Assembly: GCA_963768195.1 (NCBI GenBank)
Contig: CAVYHA010000001.1
Location: 321,338 to 385,337, forward strand
DNA length: 64,000 nucleotides
Reading direction: 5' to 3'
Source: an uncultured Planctomycetaceae bacterium
GTDB lineage: Bacteria > Planctomycetota > Planctomycetia > Pirellulales > Thermoguttaceae
Both the position numbers and the translations under genes were made by a program. The notes under the pieces were generated by a model that was not told the DNA's origin, made no database searches, and was given only the letters and a program-made list of their open reading frames with translations. Shown here one piece after another: positions 51,911 to 60,045 of this stretch. The first letter of the stretch is position 1. The number at the start of each line of letters is the position of its first letter.

Positions 51911-54541
51911 TTAAGGGTGGTCGGAATGCGGGGCGGCCGATGGTTGCATCTCGTGATAGGGCGTTTGCGACTGGTAAAGTGGAAGCTTGGCCTTGATGGA
52001 TTTGGCCAGCGGTTGCTTGTCTTGTTGGGCGGCCAGTTCCATGGCCTTGTGTGCGGTCTGCGCAGCCTCGGGAAATCGCCCTGCCTCGGCGTAGGCGGCG
52101 GCCAGGGTATCGAGAATGTCCGGATCGCGGTTGTCGGTGAGCGTTGCCGCCCGCTGGGCGAGTTCGACGGCCCTGCGGCCATCTCGCAGAGATGCCTCGC
52201 CGCTGGTGGCCAACGCCCGGGCCACCTGATTCAGCCCCATGACGTTATCCGGCTGCAAACGGATGAATTCGCTACAGTGGGCAATCGCCTCGGCGATTTT
52301 CCCTTGTTGGTACAAAGCGCCGCCCAAATTGTAATGCGCTTTCGCATAGTCGGGCGCGATTTGCAGCGTCTTTTCATACTCGGCCTTCGCCTCGTCGAGG
52401 TGTCCGCCCCGCGCCAAGGCAATGCCCAGGTTGTAGTGCACGTCGGCAAGTCGGGGATCAATTTCCAATGCCTTCCGGTACTGGGCGATGCCCTCGTCCA
52501 GTTGCCCGTTTTGCACCAGGGCAGCGCCCAGCTTGCTGTACGCCTCGATCTGGCGGGGATTGAGCGCGAGGGCCTTGCGGTACTCGGCCAACGCTTCGTT
52601 GCCCCGCCCGCAAGCGACCAAAGCCGCGCCGAGGTTGTTATGATACTCTGCTTCGTCGGGCTTGATTTGCACGGCCTGCTGATAATGGGTGATGGCTTCA
52701 GAGAGCCGTCCGCGGCCGGCCAGGGCGTTGCCGAGGTTACTGTATGCCTCCGCGTCGCCGGGGTCGATTTCCACTGCCTTCCGGAAACAGGCCATGGCTT
52801 CGTCGAACTGTCCTTGGCCGGCCAGAACTGCGCCGAGGTTGTTGTAGGCATCGGCGAAATCGGGATTGATCTCCAACGCTTTTCGGTAATGGGCCATGGC
52901 TTCGTTAACCCGTCCGCAGCCGGCCAAAGCCGCGCCGAGGCTGTTGTAGGCATCCGCGAAATCGGGATTGATTTTCAGTGCCTTCTGGTACTGGGCGATT
53001 GCCTCGTCGAACTGTTTCCGGCCGGCCAGGGCGTTGCCGAGGTTGTTGTAGGCCAACGTGTAGCCGGGCGTGAGCTGCAACGCTTTTCGGTACTGGGCCA
53101 TGGCTTCGTTAACCCGTCCGCGGCCGGCCAGGGCGTTGCCGAGGTTGTTGTGCGCTTCAACGTAGGCGGGTTCGAGTTCGAGCGACTCCCGGTACTCGGC
53201 GATGGCTTCATCAGTCTGGCCGCGTGCGGCCATCAGGATACCGAGATTGTTATGAGTCAAGCAGCTATTGGGATTCTCGGCGATCGTCGTCCGATAGAGC
53301 AACTCCGCATCGGCATACCTCCGACTTTGCTGCCAGGTCAAACCGCCCAGCATGGCCAACGAGGCGAGACACAACGCGTAGCCGGTCGGCCGATGCCAGA
53401 GTTGACGGCCCAGTGTTGCCGTCACGGCAGCGAAAATCGCGCAAGGCACAATCATCGCCGCATACTGGTAGTGATCTGCCACCAGAGAGAATCTCATATA
53501 GGAGATGTTCACGAAGCCCAACACCGGCAGCAATAGCGCCACGTAGCAGACCAGCAGCATCACCACGGGGCGGCCCCAGCCGCGGCGCTGCCACCAACCT
53601 AAGGCCAGAATCGCCACCAGCAACACGCCCGGCAGATAGGACAACACGTCGCGCGGGTCGATGTTCCAACGCGGGTACACAAAAATCAGTCTGACCGGCC
53701 AAATCAGCTTCCAAAGGTAGAACCACACCGCACAGCCCGCTACCGCGGCGCGGCTCAGAAGGCTGTCGGAACGCACCATGGCATCGCCAGCCCCTACGAG
53801 GCGCTGCCCCCACATTTCCATGCCGGTCATCAGCGCGCCGATCAGCAGGAAGGGAAGAACTCGCAGCAAGTTGTGCCGTCCGATACGGCCTCGCTGCCAC
53901 CAAGCGCACGCCAGCAACACCACCGGCAGCGTCAGCACCATGCCCTTGGCCAACGTTGACAGCAAAAACACGGCGATCGACAACACCATGCACCACCGCT
54001 TCCCCTTTTCCTCGGAGAGCAGATAAAGGAGCACGGAGAGCAGCGCCAGCAGCAGGGACAGGATGTTTTTGAGTTGCGCGATCCAGGCCACACTCTCGAC
54101 GTTCACCGGATGGAGCGCGAAGAGAGCCGCCGCGAACATCGCCCCCGGCGCATTGAGTTGCAAGAGAATCCGCCACACCAATAGCGCCGAGATGGCATGC
54201 ACTGCAATGTTCACGAGGTGGAAGCCGAGCGGATTGAGACCCCAGATGTCGAACTGGAGCCGGTAAGCGGTAAACGTCAGCGGCCAGTAATTGAGGTACG
54301 TGCCGGGCACCCACGTCTTGAGCAGACCGCCGGGTTTGAGGACCGGATTGTTCGCCAGGTGCAAATCATCGTCCAAGATGAACCCGCCCCACCAGGCCGG
54401 CTGGTAGACCAGGAAAACCGCGACCACCAAGGCGACGACGAACAACCACTCCTTGAGCCCGAACGGCCGGGCCACGGCTGGAGAGTCCCGCCGGGGTGTT
54501 GGCGGTCGGGCCGATGAGGATTGACGGTTGCGACGTTTCAT
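51911..54541 (-). CDS. GT-C fold (TMTC/DUF1736-like) membrane glycosyltransferase with a C-terminal TPR array, paralog B
   Basis: The first ~410 aa are nearly identical to paralog A (WWGGFILDDDLHLANNP...). It has about 11 TPR units and the C-terminus PLYQSQTPYHEMQPSAAPHSDHP. Intact 876-aa ORF. Confidence 0.85.
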   Translation of the reverse strand: MKRRNRQSSSARPPTPRRDSPAVARPFGLKEWLFVVALVVAVFLVYQPAWWGGFILDDDLHLANNPVLKPGGLLKTWVPGTYLNYWPLTFTAYRLQFDIWGLNPLGFHLVNIAVHAISALLVWRILLQLNAPGAMFAAALFALHPVNVESVAWIAQLKNILSLLLALLSVLLYLLSEEKGKRWCMVLSIAVFLLSTLAKGMVLTLPVVLLACAWWQRGRIGRHNLLRVLPFLLIGALMTGMEMWGQRLVGAGDAMVRSDSLLSRAAVAGCAVWFYLWKLIWPVRLIFVYPRWNIDPRDVLSYLPGVLLVAILALGWWQRRGWGRPVVMLLVCYVALLLPVLGFVNISYMRFSLVADHYQYAAMIVPCAIFAAVTATLGRQLWHRPTGYALCLASLAMLGGLTWQQSRRYADAELLYRTTIAENPNSCLTHNNLGILMAARGQTDEAIAEYRESLELEPAYVEAHNNLGNALAGRGRVNEAMAQYRKALQLTPGYTLAYNNLGNALAGRKQFDEAIAQYQKALKINPDFADAYNSLGAALAGCGRVNEAMAHYRKALEINPDFADAYNNLGAVLAGQGQFDEAMACFRKAVEIDPGDAEAYSNLGNALAGRGRLSEAITHYQQAVQIKPDEAEYHNNLGAALVACGRGNEALAEYRKALALNPRQIEAYSKLGAALVQNGQLDEGIAQYRKALEIDPRLADVHYNLGIALARGGHLDEAKAEYEKTLQIAPDYAKAHYNLGGALYQQGKIAEAIAHCSEFIRLQPDNVMGLNQVARALATSGEASLRDGRRAVELAQRAATLTDNRDPDILDTLAAAYAEAGRFPEAAQTAHKAMELAAQQDKQPLAKSIKAKLPLYQSQTPYHEMQPSAAPHSDHP

Positions 54542-54617
54542 GGGCTAAGAAAACAGTATAGCCCAGTTCACTCTGACGGCCAATGTTGTCTGGCCGCTAC
54601 GGCGGGGCGGCCCAGTA

Positions 54618-54638
54618 GACGCGGCATCTTGCCGCGTC
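54618..54638. repeat. GACGCGGCATCTTGCCGCGTC hairpin, copy 3
   Basis: It lies 40 nt downstream of the TadE-like stop (54678) and about 77 nt upstream of the paralog B start. Confidence 0.6.
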
Positions 54639-54677
54639 ATGTGCGACGGAACCAACGCCCGGCCCGACCACATCGCG

Positions 54678-55112
54678 TCAGCGGGCCGAGTCTATCCAGT
54701 CGCAGGTCAAGGTGCAAGTCTTCGAAGTCGAGGTGCTTTTGCAGAAGAGGGGTGTGAGCCACAGGTTGCTGGTGATCGGGACGGTGACCGTAGCGGTGAC
54801 CGTCGTCGTGGTAGTGGTAATCGTGGCAGGGCTTATGGAGACCGTGCCGCCGCTGATACCGACGGCAGTGAGGATATTCTGACCGGCCGTCTGACCATTC
54901 GAGGCGGTGGCCCCCGGTACGATACACGCACGCGCCGCCTCGAACGCCGCGTTGCCGGCGGTCTGCTGGAGCATGTTGTACCTGCCGAATTCCAGCGCGG
55001 CGAAGAGGAACAAGGTCAAGATCGGCACCGTCAGGGCAAACTCGACGGCGGCCGCGCCATTGCGGCCTGCCATCCATCGCTTCCGGCCGGCCCCCTGTCG
55101 CGTGGTATTCAT
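54678..55112 (-). CDS. TadE-like pilus assembly/pseudopilin protein
   Basis: N-terminal GRNGAAAVEFALTVPILTLFLFAALEFGRY (TadE signature), followed by a Thr-rich beta region. Confidence 0.7.
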   Translation of the reverse strand: MNTTRQGAGRKRWMAGRNGAAAVEFALTVPILTLFLFAALEFGRYNMLQQTAGNAAFEAARACIVPGATASNGQTAGQNILTAVGISGGTVSISPATITTTTTTVTATVTVPITSNLWLTPLFCKSTSTSKTCTLTCDWIDSAR

Positions 55113-55140
55113 GGCGATTTCCCCTGGCAGGCACGCGGTT

Positions 55141-56292
55141 CTATTGGGTGAGGAGCACGGGAATGGTCTCGGCCAATGTTGTGAAGGCGGCTTGTACGGC
55201 AGCGGTATTGGTCACAAGGAGGAACTGACCTCCCGTTTGCGAGGCAAGTTGCTGCATCGTCGTGTTGTTTCCTCCCGAGAGCAGACCAATGGTATGAATG
55301 GTAATGCCGGCGCTGGTTGCCTGTGAGATCAAGGTCTGAGGGTCCACGCCCTCGTTCCACTCACCGTCGGAGAAAACGATAATGACTTGATTCCACGGCG
55401 TGCCGTCGCTCGAGGAGGTAAACAAGTTGAAGGCTGCTTGCAGGCCGGCCGACAGGTTCGTGCCGCCGTTTTCTATCCCGTCGGAATAGATGTTCGTGGT
55501 CAGATAGTAGGAGAGCTTGCTGCTGATCGTACTGTAGGTGGAAGTAAATGTGCAGTCCGTGCTTGCAGAATCAGCAAAAGTGATCATGCCCACTTGGTTC
55601 TGCGAGGTACCGCCAGGCGAGTTGGTAAGGGTCGTGAGGAAGGTATTGGCTCCTGTGACGAGATTGGCCAGGCGGCTGGACGTGGAGTTCGGCGAATAAG
55701 GAGAGCGAGGATACTGGTTTGGGAGATAACCTATGGGAGAAGGGTAGGACCAGTCGGTGCCGGACATGTCGAAACACATGGATCCCGAGCGGTCGAAAAC
55801 GAAGCACCACTTGTTTCGCACGAATGCGGCCGTGGAAGTTTTGGACGTCGAAAAGGTTTTGGTGCCCAGCACGGGGGCGAAGAACAGCAGCGGCGACACC
55901 GTGGCGGTCACCTGAGCCGCCGTCGTCGGCGTGCCTCCTGCCGAGAACGTCCAAGGTCCGCTCGTGGAATACGCCACCTTGCCGAGCGTCACGTTGCTGG
56001 AAGTAATCGTCAAGGGGCTGCCGCAAACCTTATTGGCGGCGGCGTAAGTGATGGCCGTGTTGGTTGCCGTCGTTTGGCTGCCGCCCTGCGACAGCGCCAC
56101 GACGGCCGCTTTCGCGGCGGCGTCGGTCGCCACGCGCAATTGCTCGCGGGCCAGGAACATGTAGGCTATGTCCACGGAAAACGCCGCTGCCGCAAGCAGG
56201 ATTACCAGCGTTACGGCCACCAACACGAGCATGGCTCCCCAACGCGGGTGTCTGGCTCGCCGGAATTTCCGGAAGTTGGTCATATCGCGCAT
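55141..56292 (-). CDS. TadG-like protein with a von Willebrand factor A domain
   Basis: N-terminal GAMLVLVAVTLVILLAAAAFSVDIAYMFLAREQLRVATDAAAKAAV (Tad N-terminal domain). vWA MIDAS motif FVFDRSGSM, then ...GGTNLSAGL...IIVFSDGEWN. Confidence 0.75.
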   Translation of the reverse strand: MRDMTNFRKFRRARHPRWGAMLVLVAVTLVILLAAAAFSVDIAYMFLAREQLRVATDAAAKAAVVALSQGGSQTTATNTAITYAAANKVCGSPLTITSSNVTLGKVAYSTSGPWTFSAGGTPTTAAQVTATVSPLLFFAPVLGTKTFSTSKTSTAAFVRNKWCFVFDRSGSMCFDMSGTDWSYPSPIGYLPNQYPRSPYSPNSTSSRLANLVTGANTFLTTLTNSPGGTSQNQVGMITFADSASTDCTFTSTYSTISSKLSYYLTTNIYSDGIENGGTNLSAGLQAAFNLFTSSSDGTPWNQVIIVFSDGEWNEGVDPQTLISQATSAGITIHTIGLLSGGNNTTMQQLASQTGGQFLLVTNTAAVQAAFTTLAETIPVLLTQ

Positions 56293-56303
56293 CGCTTCGC
56301 CTC

Positions 56304-56729
56304 CTACTGATGATCCATAACCGCCGTTGCCCCGACGTTTGTGAGTGTCTTGCCGACAACGAACGCCGACATCCAGGTGTTGGAACTGAATGGCGCGGTT
56401 ACCGTGACGGTGATCTGCGTCCCGGTGGTTGTCGTAGAGGTGACGGTGGGCGTGATCGAGATCGAACCTCCCGAGACCCCGAACGCCGTCAGCACGTTCT
56501 GCGCAGCCGTGGTGGCTCCCGCGCTGGTCTGCCCGGGGGTAATCGCCGCTCGCGCGCCTTCATAGGCCGCCGATGTCAAATGCTGTTTGAGGAAGATCGC
56601 GTTGGTAGCCTCGATTGACCCCAGCGCGACGACCATCAGAATAGGAAGGCAGACGGCGAGTTCCGCGGTCGCCAGGCCTCGGCGGCTTTGGGTGGCGCGA
56701 CGCGGTGATGCGCAAGGCACGGTAATCAT
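56304..56729 (-). CDS. TadE-like protein, second copy
   Basis: SRRGLATAELAVCLPILMVVALGSIEATNAIFLKQ. Start set at MITVPCA (56729); the ORF-track start is 56840. Confidence 0.65.
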   Translation of the reverse strand: MITVPCASPRRATQSRRGLATAELAVCLPILMVVALGSIEATNAIFLKQHLTSAAYEGARAAITPGQTSAGATTAAQNVLTAFGVSGGSISITPTVTSTTTTGTQITVTVTAPFSSNTWMSAFVVGKTLTNVGATAVMDHQ

Positions 56730-57238
56730 AATTCGTGGCGATCCTCCAAGAGCCGCATACCTAGTGCCCCTAAGAATAGTATAGGTCATAAAACCGGCAT
56801 CCGTAGAGACGGCATGAGGGCGTAGCCGGAGATTCGACAAGGTCGTGAAGCTTCGCCGCCGGGTGGAGATGTACTAGTGGGAAGAGAAGAAGTCGTCGAA
56901 AACCACGAAGACGTTTGGCGGCGGCACGGAGAAGGTGACTACCTACTCCTATGAGAAGGGATGGCACGACCAGCCGATCAGGTCCAGCGGGTTCAAGAAA
57001 ACCCAGGAGCACGCCAACCCCTCGATGCGCCTGGCGACAAGCGAAGAGACAGCCGAGATGGTCCATTTTGGGCCTCGTGCGGCCGAAAAATGTGCCTGTC
57101 CCCATACCGGCCCGTTCTCTCCTGCGAAATTGCCGTAACACTATGACAAATAGCTAGTTACGGCACAAGAACTGTCTCCGAGGCAATGCGAAACGCCCCC
57201 ACTCGATGTCCGATTTTCTGTCGGGCCGCAAAAAGCTC

Positions 57239-57267
57239 TTGACATTTTATTCTCGAGTCGATAAATT
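57239..57267 (+). promoter_or_regulatory. Sigma-70-like promoter of the membrane protein/wHTH operon
   Basis: TTGACA (57239-57244), a 17-nt spacer, then TAAATT (57262-57267). Confidence 0.45.
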
Positions 57268-57284
57268 ACTTTGTAGTACAAAGC
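57268..57284 (+). promoter_or_regulatory. Palindromic operator-like site 1 (ACTTTGTAGTACAAAGC)
   Basis: Perfect 7-1-7 inverted repeat CTTTGTA G TACAAAG immediately after the -10 element, 22 nt upstream of ATG 57306. A near-identical site is at 58363-58379. Confidence 0.5.
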
Positions 57285-57305
57285 TAATTTTTCTGGAGGT
57301 GGCCC

Positions 57306-57995
57306 ATGGACGTTGACGAAGCCCAAGCTCGCATGCAGGAAATCCAGCGGATCATGGAACGGGCGACCCTGTTCACGCTGCTGCCGGGCAGCTCGGCCAT
57401 CATTGGCGGGCTGTTGGTGCTGGCCGGCTGCGCGGTCAGCTACGGCATGTTTCACTCGCTCGATTTCGCCGATTTTCTCCGCCTGTCGATCAACGGGCAG
57501 ATCGGCTTCTGCATCATGTGGTTTCTGATCGGGGTGATCGGCGTGCTGGTGGAGGTGATTCTGACGACCCGGGCAGCCGCCCAACAGCAACTCGTGCCCG
57601 CCAGCCGGCCGATGCGCGTGGCGGCGTTCTCGCTGACGCCGAGCGTCATCGTGGCGATGGTGTTGACGGTCAAGTTTCTGCTGCCGGTGAACCCGACGGT
57701 CGTGTCCATGCTGATGAAGTTCAACTTCGAGATTCCCGAGATGCCGAAGGCGGAAGAAATTCAGTACATCGTGCCGGTGTGGATGATGCTCTACGGCACG
57801 GGCGTCTACACGGCGGGTCTGTTCTCGATTCGGCCGCCCCGCGTGCTCGGCATGGCGTTCATCGCGCTGGGCGTTGTGGCCTTGATGTGTTTTCCGCAGT
57901 ACGGCGTGGTGTCGGCCGTGCTGTCGTTTGGATTGCTGCACATTGTGTTCGGCCTCTATATTCTTTGGAAGCAGCGGCAAACGGTGCCCTCATGA
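57306..57995 (+). CDS. Integral membrane protein (about 5 TM), unknown function
   Basis: GGAGG RBS then ATG at 57306. Hydrophobic segments AIIGGLLVLAGCAV, FCIMWFLIGVIGVLVEVIL, AAFSLTPSVIVAMVL, VPVWMMLYGTGVYTAGLF and AFIALGVVALMCF. Intact ORF. Confidence 0.7.
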   Translation: MDVDEAQARMQEIQRIMERATLFTLLPGSSAIIGGLLVLAGCAVSYGMFHSLDFADFLRLSINGQIGFCIMWFLIGVIGVLVEVILTTRAAAQQQLVPASRPMRVAAFSLTPSVIVAMVLTVKFLLPVNPTVVSMLMKFNFEIPEMPKAEEIQYIVPVWMMLYGTGVYTAGLFSIRPPRVLGMAFIALGVVALMCFPQYGVVSAVLSFGLLHIVFGLYILWKQRQTVPS

Positions 57996-58327
57996 GCGAA
58001 CCGGTCAAACCCGACGACATCGATGCGGTGATCCACGAGCGCGTGCGATTGTCGCTGGTGGCGGCGCTGGCTGTGTCGCCGCAACTGAGCTTCAACGAGT
58101 TGAAGGCGATGCTGGGACTTACCGACGGCAACTTGAGCGCCCACTCGCGAACGCTGGAAGAGGCGGGCTACATCGTCGTCGAGAAGAGTTTTCGGGGCCG
58201 CCGTCCCTACACGGAGATGAGTTTGACGCCCAAGGGGCGGAGGGCCTTCGAGCGGTACCTGAAAACGTTGCGTCAGATCGTGGACCAGGGAAACCGGGTC
58301 AAAGGAGAGAAAGGCGACTCATCGTGA
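57992..58327 (+). CDS. Winged-helix transcriptional regulator (HTH_34/ArsR-MarR-like)
   Basis: The ATGA overlap with the upstream stop indicates coupling. IHERVRLSLVAALAVSPQLSFNELKAMLGLTDGNLSAHSRTLEEAGYIVVEKSFRGRRPYTEMSLTPKGRRAFERYL. Confidence 0.8.
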   Translation: MSEPVKPDDIDAVIHERVRLSLVAALAVSPQLSFNELKAMLGLTDGNLSAHSRTLEEAGYIVVEKSFRGRRPYTEMSLTPKGRRAFERYLKTLRQIVDQGNRVKGEKGDSS

Positions 58328-58362
58328 GATTGGTCCGCGGAACGATGTTTTTTTGCCGGTAC

Positions 58363-58379
58363 ACTTTGTAGTCCAAAGT
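58363..58379 (+). promoter_or_regulatory. Palindromic operator-like site 2 (ACTTTGTAGTCCAAAGT)
   Basis: 15 of 16 positions are identical to site 1. It lies 19 nt upstream of the radical SAM ATG (58399) and just before the AGGAG RBS. Confidence 0.45.
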
Positions 58380-58398
58380 ACTTTACAGGAGAAACACC

Positions 58399-60045
58399 AT
58401 GAAACGCCGACTCTTGCTGATTCTGGCGGCCGTGCAACGGCCGGGCGACAGGCACTACCGGTTGATCAAGTACTCGGAGTTCCCTCCGCTGAGCTTGTTG
58501 ACCATCGCGGGGCTGACGCCGGAGGACTGGGAGGTCGTCGTGCGCGACGAGCACGTCGAATCGTCGGAGGCGGAGGGCGACTTCGATCTGGTCGGCATCC
58601 AGACTTACATTTCGTCGGCGGCCCGGGCGTACGAACTGGCCGAGCGATGGCAACGGCGCGGGGCGAAGGTCGTACTGGGCGGGCTGCACCCGACGAGCTT
58701 GCCTTATGAGGCGGCCGACCACGCCGACGCGGTGTGTATCGGTCCGGCGGAGACGGTTTGGGCCCAAATTCTCGCTGACTGCGAGCACGGGCGGCTGCGG
58801 AAGTTTTACAGGGGGCGATCGGAGGGCTCGGCGGCGTTGGTGCCGATTCCTGCGCCGCGATCTGATGAACCCGCGGCGTACTTGGTGCGACACACGATGG
58901 TCACGTCGCGGGGTTGCCCCCATGCGTGCGACTTTTGCTACAAGAGCAGTTTTTGGGGGCCGAAGTATTACGAAGCCCGCCCGATGGTCGAGGTGGAACG
59001 GGAGTTGGCTGAGATCGACGACCATCTGGTGTTTTTTCTGGACGACAATTTGCTGGCCAATCGGCGTCACGCCCGGGCGCTGTTCGAGGTGTTGCGCGGA
59101 TCGGGCATTGTGTGGCAGGCGGCGGCGTCGCTGGACGTGGCTCGCGATCCGCGGTATCTGGACGAGGCGTACGAGGCGGGATGCCGCAGTCTGTTCGTAG
59201 GTTTCGAGTCGCTCTCGCCGGAGAATATGCGAGGGAACAACAAGCCGGTGAACGCGGCCACGGACTATGGCGAGGTGTGCCGCCGATTCCATGACGCGGG
59301 CATCATGATCAACGGCAGCTTCGTGTTCGGTTTCGATTGCGACGGGCCGGACGTGTTCGAACGGACGCTGGAGTTCACGGCGGAGAACAAGATCCTGACG
59401 GCGTCGTTTCACGTGCTGACGCCGCTGCCGGGGACGCCCGTTTTCGCGCGGCTGGAGGCGGAAGGGCGGATTTTGCACCGCGATTGGAGCCAATACGACA
59501 CGTATCACGCGGTGTTTCAGCCGCGGCGGATGACGCCCGAGCAACTTGAGGAGGGTTATGGCCGGGCGAAACGCGAGTTTGCCGGTTGGCGGTCGATTTT
59601 GCGCCGCTCGGTGGGACTGCCCGGGGCGCTGAAGCGGATCGCGTACAACGCGGCGTGGATGAAGATCGACCCGCTGTGGGTGGCGATCATCCGGGCGGGG
59701 ATGATGCCGGTGGCAACGCAGATTTTCGAGCGGATTCTCCAACTCAGCACCAGAGTTGCGGAGCGAGGGCGGAGGACCGCACGGGGGCCGAAAAAGGTAC
59801 CGTCGGGAGATTTGCCGGGCGCCGATTGGTCGCCGCTTTCGGGGCCGAGGGCTCCGCTGACGGGCAGCAGCCAGGCGGCGAGCGTCACACGGATTGGGGT
59901 TCGAGCGGCGGCTGGCCCAGGCGCAGAATCATGCGTCGCACGATTACCAGTGGAATCAGGCCAACGACGCCAAAGGAGCAGTCGAGAAGTTGCCAATAGA
60001 TCGGGATGCCGCGGATCGGGCCGCAAATCAGTGCCAGCGGAATGA
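58399..60045 (+). CDS. B12-binding domain radical SAM protein
   Basis: N-terminal cobalamin-binding-like region: FDLVGIQTYISSAARAYELAERWQRRGAKVVLGGLHPT. Radical SAM cluster motif TSRGCPHACDFCY. Also VFFLDDNL, GFESLSPENM and INGSFVFGFD. The last ~80 codons are Arg/Gly-rich and overlap the convergent gene, so the true stop may lie earlier. Confidence 0.8.
   Translation: MKRRLLLILAAVQRPGDRHYRLIKYSEFPPLSLLTIAGLTPEDWEVVVRDEHVESSEAEGDFDLVGIQTYISSAARAYELAERWQRRGAKVVLGGLHPTSLPYEAADHADAVCIGPAETVWAQILADCEHGRLRKFYRGRSEGSAALVPIPAPRSDEPAAYLVRHTMVTSRGCPHACDFCYKSSFWGPKYYEARPMVEVERELAEIDDHLVFFLDDNLLANRRHARALFEVLRGSGIVWQAAASLDVARDPRYLDEAYEAGCRSLFVGFESLSPENMRGNNKPVNAATDYGEVCRRFHDAGIMINGSFVFGFDCDGPDVFERTLEFTAENKILTASFHVLTPLPGTPVFARLEAEGRILHRDWSQYDTYHAVFQPRRMTPEQLEEGYGRAKREFAGWRSILRRSVGLPGALKRIAYNAAWMKIDPLWVAIIRAGMMPVATQIFERILQLSTRVAERGRRTARGPKKVPSGDLPGADWSPLSGPRAPLTGSSQAASVTRIGVRAAAGPGAESCVARLPVESGQRRQRSSREVANRSGCRGSGRKSVPAE

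Noticed and set aside
56870-57160. Three overlapping 61-68 aa ORFs in different frames (56935.., 56951.., 56961..)
   Set aside because: They are mutually exclusive, with no start or RBS context and no motifs. The region contains a degenerate GGGAC-box element and an 8-bp-stem hairpin (GCCGTAAC...GTTACGGC), and is more plausibly non-coding or a gene remnant.
58399-60045. Assigning the B12-radical-SAM protein to hopanoid biosynthesis (HpnJ-like) or bacteriochlorophyll BchE-like function
   Set aside because: Only the generic B12-binding and CxxxCxxC architecture is visible. No hpn, squalene-hopene cyclase or pigment genes are nearby, so a specific function would be invented.
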